A stretch of DNA of 32,000 bases from Vibrio vulnificus CMCP6 (GTDB lineage: Bacteria > Pseudomonadota > Gammaproteobacteria > Enterobacterales > Vibrionaceae), in assembly GCF_000039765.1 (NCBI RefSeq), contig NC_004460.2, forward strand, positions 960,001 through 992,000, in the 5' to 3' direction. Position numbers and translations under genes: made by a program. The notes under the pieces were generated by a model. The model saw only the letters and a program-made list of their open reading frames with translations, did no database searches and was not told the DNA's origin. The first letter of the stretch is position 1. Each line of letters begins with the position of its first letter. This document shows positions 19,559 through 27,875 of the stretch, piece by piece.

Positions 19559-22243
19559 TTAAAAAACCTCTAAGATTTTCTTATAAGTCTCGTGTGTGAC
19601 AATACTACGGCCTTCAGACAAGAGAAAGTTCTTCAGAACGTCGTAAGCTAGCGGATTATTGCCAATTTCTCTGGCCAATTGCTCAGGTATTATTCCTTTT
19701 GAATCTTCAATTTTTAGTAGCCCAGGTTTCTTTTCAATTAATAGTTCAATTATAGGCAGATCACCCATGCGAATAGCCGTATGTAACGCTGTTTCACCTT
19801 CTTCGTTAATTAACGTCGCATCACAACCATGCTCTAGTATGAGATAAGCTGATTTTAAGCATCGACTAGCTGCTGCTGCATGTAGGGCGGTTCTACCCGT
19901 GAAATCTTGAAGATTCGGATCTGCGTTTGCTTTTAGTAATGCTTCTACCGTTTGATGATCTCTGTTGTTTGCAGCTAACATCAAAGGTGTCTGGAGTTTA
20001 AAGTCAGTTATATTAACGATTTCTGGCCATAATTCGATGATTTTCCTGATGCCTGTAACCATCGCACTAAATACATTACTAACTTCATTAGCAATATCGA
20101 CTTGTACCATCTGTTTATAAGAATTTAATTTAGCACGCATTTCATAGCTCATCTTCATCATTAGCAAAATGATGCTATCTGCTTGTGGATATTTCAGTTG
20201 TTTATTTTTTAAATCTTTGTGTTTTTTAAGTACTAGCTCAATAGAATATCCATTTTTTATACACTCTGCGAAATCACGACTAAACTTTCCCATATCGCTA
20301 GAACAAGAAGAAAAAAGCGGTTGATAGTTAGGATAGCATTGATACAACTTGTCCCAAAAATACTCATGTAACTCACGCGAAACGTCATAAATATTAGATT
20401 CTACTTTCAGTCCACCCCAGTAGTACATGTCTCTAAAGTACTTTTCGTGATTATTAGGAATGAGTTTTTGGTTTGCTATAGCCAATGAGAATGCATCTCT
20501 AGCTAACAATCCTCTAAACTTTCCAAAGCTGTATTTCTTACATTCATCGATAGCCAAATTAAGATTTTTTTCTGCTTCTTTAAGCTTGTTCTGCGCAATA
20601 TAATGAAGTGCTTCATAACGTAGTATATTTGCTTTTGAAAATTTAAAATCATCACAGTTTTTCGCCTCATCTAGTAAAGCAGATACTTTTTCTTCGGTTT
20701 TTGAACCAAACTTCTTAAGGAGTAGATGAGTTTCTAGTTCAAATAATATTCGCCTCATCGACTCTGTAGGCGTGGCTTCTAAAGATTTTAACCTTTCAAC
20801 AATCATTTCACCTATATTAGGATTTGAATATTGATTCATCTGAACGATTCTAGCCCCATATACTAGCTCAAAATCATCAATATTCTGTAATTGTTTAAAT
20901 GGAGCTTTGTTTTGTTTTAGTTTATCTATTAAAACATCTCTACGCATAAGGTAATTATTTGAATAATCACCTTCTTCTTTTATAAGTTTACACATTTTTT
21001 CAAATTCATCTTGAGACGTAGGAAAGACATTATCTAATATATCCTCTTCTCCAGAACGGCTAAAAATACAATTAATTCTATCTAAAGCACTCCATGGGAT
21101 ATCGTGTTCATTGTCTGTGGTAAAAAGTCGTAATAAATCATACCTATAAAAGGAAGGAAGTTGTTCTTCAAAATACTTATTTTCCGCATGGTATCCTAAA
21201 CTTCCCTTTTGAATATGAGCTTTAAAAGTTATATTATATACGTAGTTGTAAAGTTCAACTAATTGGAGTGTTTTATTTTCATTTAAGTCAAAACATAGCT
21301 TATCGACTCCAGGTGTTAAATACTTAACTAATTGCTCATACCCCTCTTGAATAGCTCTGGCTATCAGCAACCTCATACGTATCACTTCAGAGCTTGGTGC
21401 CTGATATCGTACTTTTAGTTTCTGTACAAAATCTTGCTGCTCCGCTGCTGGGCATTCACTCCTTATTATTCGCTTTAAGTCTTCACAATCAATAGCTATT
21501 TCATGCTGTAAGTCTTCATAAGACAAACCTTTTTTTTCAATAAACTCCAGAGCCTGTTCAAATTGCGAAGACTTTTCATCAGGCTCAAAGCAGCCACAAA
21601 ATTGTATATTCACTTTATCGAGGAACAGATTATTAATACTTGATACTTCAGGAGTACTCTTGGCTTTTTTCCAATTGTAAAGGTTCTTTAACACTGTACC
21701 GTGGCCATCATGAATTTTTAGATCTTTTTCCAAATTGCTAGCAATAGATTCATGAGTTCCTTGAATTAAATCGATGAGCCAATTCAAGACTCGCGGTACA
21801 GGGAGAAGAAGCTGCTTAGGTTCAATCGTAGAGTCTACGGCAGGAAGATACCAAAACCGTCCGCCAGGCATACCCTCATCCATTTTTGATTCAATTTGCC
21901 AAAATACCGTATGTCTCGCTAGAGCTGGTATGATAACCCTGGCTAAATAATGCCAAACGATTTTTCTTTGTGACGCCTTTGAAGAATAAACATTAAGCTC
22001 GATGTTCTTATGCATCAAGTAATCGTCTGCAACATTGGAGGTCAGATCTTTTTTCGCTCTTTCATCAAGCCCTAAAGCATCCGCTATATCATCCAAAATA
22101 CTTTCCCAAGTATTAGATAAATTATCCATCGTCATCTCGACATATTTAAACTTGCTTTTCGATTTTGACGTCATCTGACCATTAGCGCCAAGCGCTTTAG
22201 CAATCTGAAGAAGTACCGATTCGAAGGTTGGAAAAGTAGCCAC
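19559..22243 (-). CDS. Large (~894 aa) protein with C-terminal ankyrin repeats and TPR-like central region; N-terminal region unassigned
   Basis: Three recognisable ankyrin units: LQTPLMLAANNRDHQTVEALLKANADPNLQD, GRTALHAAAASRCLKSAYLILEHGCDATLIN, GETALHTAIRMGDLPIIELLIEKK. GTG start at 22243 preferred (AAAGGA Shine-Dalgarno 6 nt upstream). The ORF-track ATG at 22384 would overlap the viperin gene. Confidence 0.8.
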   Translation of the reverse strand: MATFPTFESVLLQIAKALGANGQMTSKSKSKFKYVEMTMDNLSNTWESILDDIADALGLDERAKKDLTSNVADDYLMHKNIELNVYSSKASQRKIVWHYLARVIIPALARHTVFWQIESKMDEGMPGGRFWYLPAVDSTIEPKQLLLPVPRVLNWLIDLIQGTHESIASNLEKDLKIHDGHGTVLKNLYNWKKAKSTPEVSSINNLFLDKVNIQFCGCFEPDEKSSQFEQALEFIEKKGLSYEDLQHEIAIDCEDLKRIIRSECPAAEQQDFVQKLKVRYQAPSSEVIRMRLLIARAIQEGYEQLVKYLTPGVDKLCFDLNENKTLQLVELYNYVYNITFKAHIQKGSLGYHAENKYFEEQLPSFYRYDLLRLFTTDNEHDIPWSALDRINCIFSRSGEEDILDNVFPTSQDEFEKMCKLIKEEGDYSNNYLMRRDVLIDKLKQNKAPFKQLQNIDDFELVYGARIVQMNQYSNPNIGEMIVERLKSLEATPTESMRRILFELETHLLLKKFGSKTEEKVSALLDEAKNCDDFKFSKANILRYEALHYIAQNKLKEAEKNLNLAIDECKKYSFGKFRGLLARDAFSLAIANQKLIPNNHEKYFRDMYYWGGLKVESNIYDVSRELHEYFWDKLYQCYPNYQPLFSSCSSDMGKFSRDFAECIKNGYSIELVLKKHKDLKNKQLKYPQADSIILLMMKMSYEMRAKLNSYKQMVQVDIANEVSNVFSAMVTGIRKIIELWPEIVNITDFKLQTPLMLAANNRDHQTVEALLKANADPNLQDFTGRTALHAAAASRCLKSAYLILEHGCDATLINEEGETALHTAIRMGDLPIIELLIEKKPGLLKIEDSKGIIPEQLAREIGNNPLAYDVLKNFLLSEGRSIVTHETYKKILEVF

Positions 22244-22290
22244 TGAATGTCCTTTTATTGTTTCGTTTTCCGCTAGAAAAAGAAAATTGA

Positions 22291-22299
22291 GGGGGGGGG
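22291..22299. repeat. Poly-G/poly-C homopolymer tract (9 nt) in the divergent intergenic region
   Basis: ...AAAATTGA-GGGGGGGGG-ATGTTGC... Confidence 0.9.
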
Positions 22300-22371
22300 A
22301 TGTTGCTTTTCCTTTTTCTACAGAGCCGATTTTATCATACTGAAGCCATCTGAATACCTGAGAATAAAAGC

Positions 22372-23289
22372 ATGACAACAGCACAATCTAGAAAAACAAA
22401 AGAACTGGTAATCAATTGGCACATGACAGAAGTCTGCAATTACAGTTGTAAATACTGTTTTGCAAAATGGGGACGCCCCAAAGAACTCCATCGTTCAGAA
22501 CAGGCAATCGATAACTTATTGGATAAGCTAGCAGACTACTTCATCAAAGGCACTCCAGTCTTAAAAGAAAAGCTGGGGTACGAAAGTGTTCGTCTTAACT
22601 TTGCAGGAGGGGAACCAATGATGTTAGGAAATACGTTCGTTACCGCTTTGGTTCTTGCAAAACAAAAAGGATTTAAAACCTCAACCATAACTAATGGACA
22701 TTACCTAATTCATGGAAAATCACCGTTGCCGAAAGATACTTTAGACATGATTGGAATCAGCTTTGACAGTCAGTACTTAAGTACACGTATGAAAATAGGA
22801 AGAAACGATCGAAAAGGAAACTCTTTTGGCGTTAATGATTTAACACATGCTCTAGCGAGACTCACACAGTCACAAACAGGAATCAAAACAAAGATTAATA
22901 CTGTAATTAACAGTCTTAATTGGGAAGAGGATTTCACTAATTTAATTTCTAGTCTAAATCCATACAAATGGAAAGTGTTACAGGTCATGCCTTATGGTGA
23001 TAATGAACTACTAATTTCCAAAGAACAGTTCGATAATTTTGTTCATAGACATAGTGGATTAGGATTACCTATTTATTTTGAGTCTAATTCTACTATGACA
23101 GAATCATACTTAATGATTAGTCCAGAGGGTTGCTTTTACCAAAACACTGCCAATAAATCTGGGTATAAATACAGCGAATGCATTAATTCATGCGGTGTGG
23201 AAAAAGCTCTTTCTCAAATAGAGTTTAATCCAATTACGTTTGCTTCAAGATATAAAAAAACTAATATTGACATTGTAGATGTATCATAA
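22372..23289 (+). CDS. Prokaryotic viperin (pVip), radical-SAM antiviral ddh-nucleotide synthase
   Basis: 305 aa; CNYSCKYCF (CX3CX2C), LNFAGGEPMM, viperin-specific INTVINSLNWEEDF, NPYKWKVLQVMPYGDNE, EQFDNFVHRH and ESNSTMTESYLMISPEGCFYQN, matching the vertebrate viperin layout (NSVINRFN.EEDM, NPVRWKVFQCL, ESN..M.DSYLILD). Confidence 0.93.
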   Translation: MTTAQSRKTKELVINWHMTEVCNYSCKYCFAKWGRPKELHRSEQAIDNLLDKLADYFIKGTPVLKEKLGYESVRLNFAGGEPMMLGNTFVTALVLAKQKGFKTSTITNGHYLIHGKSPLPKDTLDMIGISFDSQYLSTRMKIGRNDRKGNSFGVNDLTHALARLTQSQTGIKTKINTVINSLNWEEDFTNLISSLNPYKWKVLQVMPYGDNELLISKEQFDNFVHRHSGLGLPIYFESNSTMTESYLMISPEGCFYQNTANKSGYKYSECINSCGVEKALSQIEFNPITFASRYKKTNIDIVDVS

Positions 23290-23374
23290 AATCTTTTAAC
23301 AAAAATGAAACAAATAAACTAGATTCCTTATTATAGGAGCTATAAATAATCACAAAATATTAGATGAGGAACAA

Positions 23375-23992
23375 GTGAATAAATTTATCGTTTTTGAAGG
23401 GTTAGATGCATGTGGGAAAACAACATTAAGCTCTATATATGCGAAAGAAATGAATACTATCGTTCATAATGCGGTAGTCCCTGAAGCTCATGATCTAAGA
23501 AAGGTCATTGACTCCTATGAGTCAAAAGAGAGTGCATTTCTATTTTTTTTGTTAAATAATTTATTGAAGAGTAACGATGTTTCGAAATTATTAAACGATG
23601 AAGATGTCATATTAGATAGATATGTATTTTCAACTTTGGCCTACCAAACAATTATGCTTGGGGAAGATATTGTCAAAAATATTTTTGACACACTTAAAAT
23701 TAATAAAAAAATACTTCTTCCAGAAGTGATAATTTTTGTTAAAGCTGATATTGAAACAATAAACAACAGAATAGAGGCCAGAGGTGGCACAGTTCAGTGG
23801 TACGGCGATGCAGTTACGCAAAATAATAGTGTTGAATCAGCATATCACAAAGTTTTTAAGTGGTTTGATATTCCAATTGTAGAGGTCGATACATCAGAAA
23901 AATATGGCCGTTCGGTAGAAGAAAATTACCTACTAATGAAAGAACAGGTCGAGCACGTTCTTTCGGGAGGGAGTAATTTTTACAGTTTCTAG
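23375..23992 (+). CDS. Thymidylate/UMP-CMP-kinase-like P-loop nucleotide kinase, accessory to pVip
   Basis: P-loop FEGLDACGKTT; DR[Y/F] motif VILDRYVFSTLAYQ; LID-like region. GTG start at 23375 with TGAGGA upstream; 85 nt after the viperin stop, same strand. Confidence 0.85.
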   Translation: MNKFIVFEGLDACGKTTLSSIYAKEMNTIVHNAVVPEAHDLRKVIDSYESKESAFLFFLLNNLLKSNDVSKLLNDEDVILDRYVFSTLAYQTIMLGEDIVKNIFDTLKINKKILLPEVIIFVKADIETINNRIEARGGTVQWYGDAVTQNNSVESAYHKVFKWFDIPIVEVDTSEKYGRSVEENYLLMKEQVEHVLSGGSNFYSF

Positions 23993-24393
23993 TTCAATAT
24001 CTCTCGGTGATATTGTATGAACATGCAGACGTAAATTACTGGTAAAGAAAGCCGTTTCTACTTATGTTTGGACGAAAGAGAGGACTACTGCTCCGTGATC
24101 CGAAATAAGCAAATGTAAGGTGAGATCCTGGCTAGATTGAAATGCAACTTATTGCGCAAACTCATATAGGGGCAATTTCGTGTTACATACCCCGTCAGCA
24201 CACCTTTGGACAAAGACGTACTATCACCTTTGCTAAATTAGCAATTAATGAATAAATGTAGGTATGGAAAGTAGTTAACTTTATGCCCAATATCAATGGT
24301 GCAGATCACTGATTACATTTACCTTAAACGATAATGCCTCACCTTACCCAACACAGGGTAGAAGAGTTTTCCATCTACCCATTGGCTCGCCAT

Positions 24394-24960
24394 TTATCTT
24401 GTTATCCGAATACGAGTTTCTAACGTTTCCTCGTAAATATCTTCAACATGATAAGGCTCTATCGGTTCATTAGAAATAAGCCATTCACCTATGATTAAAT
24501 CGTCTTCCGTTTTGATCGAAATACAATTGCCATCAACAAGCACAATGTTGAAGCCAAAGTCATAAATGACAACCTCTGAAGAAGGGATAAAGACTTTAAA
24601 GTTTTCTTTTACTGCTTTACGACTGCGTAACCTAACGACTTCTATAAATTCTATTGCCTTAGATTCTTCGAAAAGCTTTACCTCCTCAAGTTGCCCTGCC
24701 TTAACGTCTTTTGGGTTCAATTCATGAATAAATCTTGCAATAGGCAAATGAAAGTCATGACCTTGAGGGCTGGTATACCAATCGTTGCTTAACTCAATAA
24801 AACCGGTAGGTATCTGGAAAAATAAAGAATACAGGCTCGTCACTGTATTCGATTCAAAGCTAGTGCCCTCACTGCTCGCCATCACTTTACATTTTAGCCC
24901 TATGATGGATCGCAGTGCCTGTATAGATTCACCATCCATCTGATAATTTAGCGTTTCCAT
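24394..24960 (-). CDS. Hypothetical protein, no family recognised
   Basis: 188-aa ORF with plausible globular composition (METLNYQMDGESIQALRSIIGLKCKVMASSEG...). Confidence 0.6.
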   Translation of the reverse strand: METLNYQMDGESIQALRSIIGLKCKVMASSEGTSFESNTVTSLYSLFFQIPTGFIELSNDWYTSPQGHDFHLPIARFIHELNPKDVKAGQLEEVKLFEESKAIEFIEVVRLRSRKAVKENFKVFIPSSEVVIYDFGFNIVLVDGNCISIKTEDDLIIGEWLISNEPIEPYHVEDIYEETLETRIRITR

Positions 24961-25242
24961 TCTCTACCGCCCTAACTCTGGCTAACACGATTAATTAATG
25001 TAAATTTAGTCCTGACTATTAACAAGCAACTTCTTCAAATCTCCTCATGGTTGGACACTTGATCTTATTATTCGTGATAGGTGATTAGAATGCGGGGTTT
25101 ATGACGCGCTTACGGTAGATCACTCTATGCCTTCAGATAACTTTTATAGGGAAAACGCACGCCCCTAGATTTTGTAGAGTATTAGCTCTGAATGATTTAG
25201 GGGCAAAAACACCTCAGAAAAACCAACTCCCCCCTCCCAAAT

Positions 25243-25270
25243 AAAACAAAAGCCAGCATTTGCTGGCTTT
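25243..25270 (-). terminator. Rho-independent terminator for the kduD..RpiB-like operon
   Basis: AAAGCCAGCA-TT-TGCTGGCTTT; minus strand continues TGTTTTAT. Confidence 0.8.
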
Positions 25271-25307
25271 GTATTAGTTCCCGAAAAAGTATTAGATGAC
25301 TGAGTGC

Positions 25308-25943
25308 TTAGTCGATCAGCGAGCGTACGTACTCAGCGATTTCTGGCACTTGGCAGTTTGCGAAGAAGCACTCTTGGAATTGCGCACCGCCAACCGCTGT
25401 TTTCACCAACTCTTGGTCAATTGCACGTAGGCCTTCAACCACATCTTTCGCAACCGCTGCTTTTACGTTGTTTAGGATCGCCGCATTCGCTTGCTGTGGT
25501 GCCGCACGCTCAATTGGGTAACCTTCACCACGGTTACCAGTGAACGCTTTTTCGAAGATGTAACGGACATTGAGCTCGCCCGCCCAGCCAAAACCTTTTG
25601 CAAACGCGAGAGAAATAGCATTGCCGTTGTTGATTTGGTTGAACAAAAAAGCATCTGACGGCTCTAGGCAGTAGCCACATACCACGCCTGGGTGTAGGTT
25701 GCTCGACATCATTGCGCCTTGGCCAGTGCCACAACCGGTTACCACAAAGTCTACCGCTTTTGAGTTCAGTAGAATGCTTGCCATGATGCCTAGGTGGATG
25801 TAAGTCAGGTGATGGTCATTTTCATCTTTCATGCCGACGTTGAATACGTCGTGGCCTAGGCCACCTGCTACGCTGTTAAGCTCTGCTGCAACCATCGCGT
25901 TTTTCGGTGCTTGGCTGTTTTCCATCATTAGTGCAATTTTCAT
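25308..25943 (-). CDS. RpiB/LacA/LacB-family sugar isomerase, probably a DhuI-like 4-deoxy-L-threo-5-hexosulose-uronate isomerase
   Basis: 211 aa; MKIALMMENSQAPKNAMVAAEL...VDFVVTGCGTGQGAMMSSNLHPGVVCGYC. Same-strand neighbour of kdgF and kduD. Confidence 0.8.
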   Translation of the reverse strand: MKIALMMENSQAPKNAMVAAELNSVAGGLGHDVFNVGMKDENDHHLTYIHLGIMASILLNSKAVDFVVTGCGTGQGAMMSSNLHPGVVCGYCLEPSDAFLFNQINNGNAISLAFAKGFGWAGELNVRYIFEKAFTGNRGEGYPIERAAPQQANAAILNNVKAAVAKDVVEGLRAIDQELVKTAVGGAQFQECFFANCQVPEIAEYVRSLID

Positions 25944-25983
25944 CTGTTACTCCCGCGGTCAAACCGCAATTCAAAAATAAATC

Positions 25984-26304
25984 TTAAACGAAATCTTTAC
26001 GCATTGGGGTGAAGGTATCAATCAGTACACCCGCTTCTAGACAAACACAGCCATGTTCGACGTTTGGCTCTTTGTACATAGTATCGCCTGTTTTGACGAT
26101 TTTTTTCTCATCGCCAATGGTGAATTCAAACTCACCCGATAACACATAAGTCAATTGCTCATGGGGATGTGAGTGCATGGCACCAATCGCGCCAGTTTCA
26201 AAATGCACTTCCACCGACATCATGTTGTCGCTGTGTGCCAGCACTTTGCGTGAAATGCCTTGGCCAAGATCTTCCAGCGTAATGTCTTGATTAAATACAA
26301 ACAT
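25984..26304 (-). CDS. kdgF: Cupin protein KdgF (unsaturated uronate linearisation)
   Basis: 106 aa; GAIGAMHSHPHEQLTYVLSGEFEFTIGDEKKIVKTGDTMYKEPNVEHGCVCLEAGVLIDTFTPMR. Confidence 0.9.
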   Translation of the reverse strand: MFVFNQDITLEDLGQGISRKVLAHSDNMMSVEVHFETGAIGAMHSHPHEQLTYVLSGEFEFTIGDEKKIVKTGDTMYKEPNVEHGCVCLEAGVLIDTFTPMRKDFV

Positions 26305-26324
26305 GCTTCACCTATCTGTCTGTT

Positions 26325-26837
26325 TTACTCGTTAATCGGCACCAAATGCTGCCGATGTAACCGATAAATCGTGATGAGGTTGGTGGCGATCACTGTCATC
26401 TCTAACAAGGTGCCACCAATGGAACCCACTAAAATGTTATTGATTAACCAGCAGGTCGCTCCAACCAGAAAACCAATCCGCATGCGGATGCCGTTCAACA
26501 CGAATAATGAATAGGTGCCAATCACTGTCCCTAGAATTGGCCATAATTCCCACCAGTGTTGCGCCATCCACACGCCGCTAGTAACACCGATGACAATAAA
26601 GAATGCGGCTACCCATCTCGAGGAGGTAAAGATCGAGGTGGTGGTGCGTAATGCAGAAAGCAGCGCACTGAGTGCAGATACCATCGATCCTAGCAGCAAA
26701 AAATGGAGAAGATGATTGAGATTGAACACCAACATCAGGATTTTCAAATGCCTGTCATTTTTCTGGTAAAAGGTGGAGATTCCCAAACCAAAACTGAGAA
26801 ACCCTAACGCTTGTGCCAAATCAATCTCGACCATCAT
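26325..26837 (-). CDS. YgjV-family inner membrane protein
   Basis: 170 aa; AQALGFLSFGLGISTFYQKNDRHLKILMLVFNLNHLLHFLLLGS. Confidence 0.8.
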   Translation of the reverse strand: MMVEIDLAQALGFLSFGLGISTFYQKNDRHLKILMLVFNLNHLLHFLLLGSMVSALSALLSALRTTTSIFTSSRWVAAFFIVIGVTSGVWMAQHWWELWPILGTVIGTYSLFVLNGIRMRIGFLVGATCWLINNILVGSIGGTLLEMTVIATNLITIYRLHRQHLVPINE

Positions 26838-26852
26838 CTTCTCACAATTAGG

Positions 26853-27623
26853 TTAGCGTGATAGCCAGCCACCATCTACCGCAACGGTGTAACCGTTAAT
26901 GTAGTCAGACGCTTTCGACGCAAGGAACACACAAGGACCAGCCAAATCTTCCGGCGTGCCCCAACGGTTTGCAGGAATGCGCTCTAGGATTTCTTGGTTG
27001 CGTTGCTCATCAGCACGCAGTGCCGCTGTGTTGTTGGTTGCCATGTAGCCCGGTGCAATCGCATTCACGTTGATACCGTGTTTTGCCCACTCGTTTGCCA
27101 TAAGGCGAGTCACACCCATTACGCCACTCTTAGACGCAGTGTATGAAGGCACGCGGATACCACCTTGGAAAGAAAGCATGGATGCGATGTTGATGATCTT
27201 GCCGCCTTCGCCTTGTGCAATAAATTGTTTCGCCACCGCTTGAGACATAAAGAACACGGATTTGATGTTGATGTTCATAACGTCATCCCAATCTTGCTCA
27301 GAGAACTCGATCGCGTCGTTGCGGCGGATGATGCCTGCGTTGTTCACCAAAATGTCGATGCGGCCAAGCTCAGTCACTGCGCGATCAACGATTGAAGGAA
27401 TATCATCTAGTTTCATTAGGTTAGCGCGGATATCGACGAACTTACGTCCCGTCGCTTGGATTTTTTCCATTGTTTCTGTTGGTTCACTGATGTTCACACC
27501 AACGATATCGCAACCTGCCTTTGCTAAACCCAGCGCCATGCCTTGACCTAAACCGGTGTCACACCCCGTGACGACTGCTACTTTGCCTTGCAAGCTAAAT
27601 GAATCAAGAATCATGTAATGCAT
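26853..27623 (-). CDS. kduD: 2-deoxy-D-gluconate 3-dehydrogenase (SDR family)
   Basis: 256 aa; VAVVTGCDTGLGQGMALGLAKAGCDIVG, NNAGII, YTASKSGVMGVTRLMANEWAKHGINVNAIAPGYMATNNT. Confidence 0.92.
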   Translation of the reverse strand: MHYMILDSFSLQGKVAVVTGCDTGLGQGMALGLAKAGCDIVGVNISEPTETMEKIQATGRKFVDIRANLMKLDDIPSIVDRAVTELGRIDILVNNAGIIRRNDAIEFSEQDWDDVMNINIKSVFFMSQAVAKQFIAQGEGGKIINIASMLSFQGGIRVPSYTASKSGVMGVTRLMANEWAKHGINVNAIAPGYMATNNTAALRADEQRNQEILERIPANRWGTPEDLAGPCVFLASKASDYINGYTVAVDGGWLSR

Positions 27624-27712
27624 CCTCTAGAATACTGAAAGAAGTGAACCGACGTTTTGGTTGTTGTTCACTGTGGTAGGATAAACATAACAGCAAAATG
27701 GCTACGCTCGCA

Positions 27713-27743
27713 AATATTTTTGAAAAGACGTTTCAAAAATATT
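27713..27743. promoter_or_regulatory. Perfect 13-bp inverted repeat in the kduD/kdgR intergenic region, candidate KdgR operator
   Basis: AATATTTTTGAAA-AGACG-TTTCAAAAATATT. Confidence 0.75.
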
Positions 27744-27783
27744 GATGGATGTCTTATTTTACTAAAACGAACTAAGTGAGCGG

Positions 27784-27799
27784 TTTCAAAATTATGAAA
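27784..27799. promoter_or_regulatory. Second, shorter TTTCA-N6-TGAAA element near kdgR
   Basis: TTTCAAAATTATGAAA. Confidence 0.4.
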
Positions 27800-27875
27800 A
27801 GGTATTTTAAAAATAGTGGTGATACAGAAAATCAACGATATAATGGCAAAAAACACAACTAAAGAAGGGAAAACA

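Noticed and set aside
22244-22384. Use of the ORF-track ATG at 22384 as the ankyrin protein's start (941 aa).
   Set aside because: It would overlap the viperin start divergently and translate low-complexity DNA through the poly-G tract. GTG 22243 has a good Shine-Dalgarno. Kept as an open alternative in the poly-G finding.
24001-24300. Possible retron-like or transposase remnant in the non-coding gap.
   Set aside because: No reverse transcriptase gene is present. A quick frame translation gave only short broken peptides with no recognisable motif.
19307-25060. Flanking direct repeats marking island ends (GTTGGACA near 19309 and near 25048).
   Set aside because: Only an 8-nt match in AT-rich DNA, expected by chance; no integrase, transposase or tRNA nearby.
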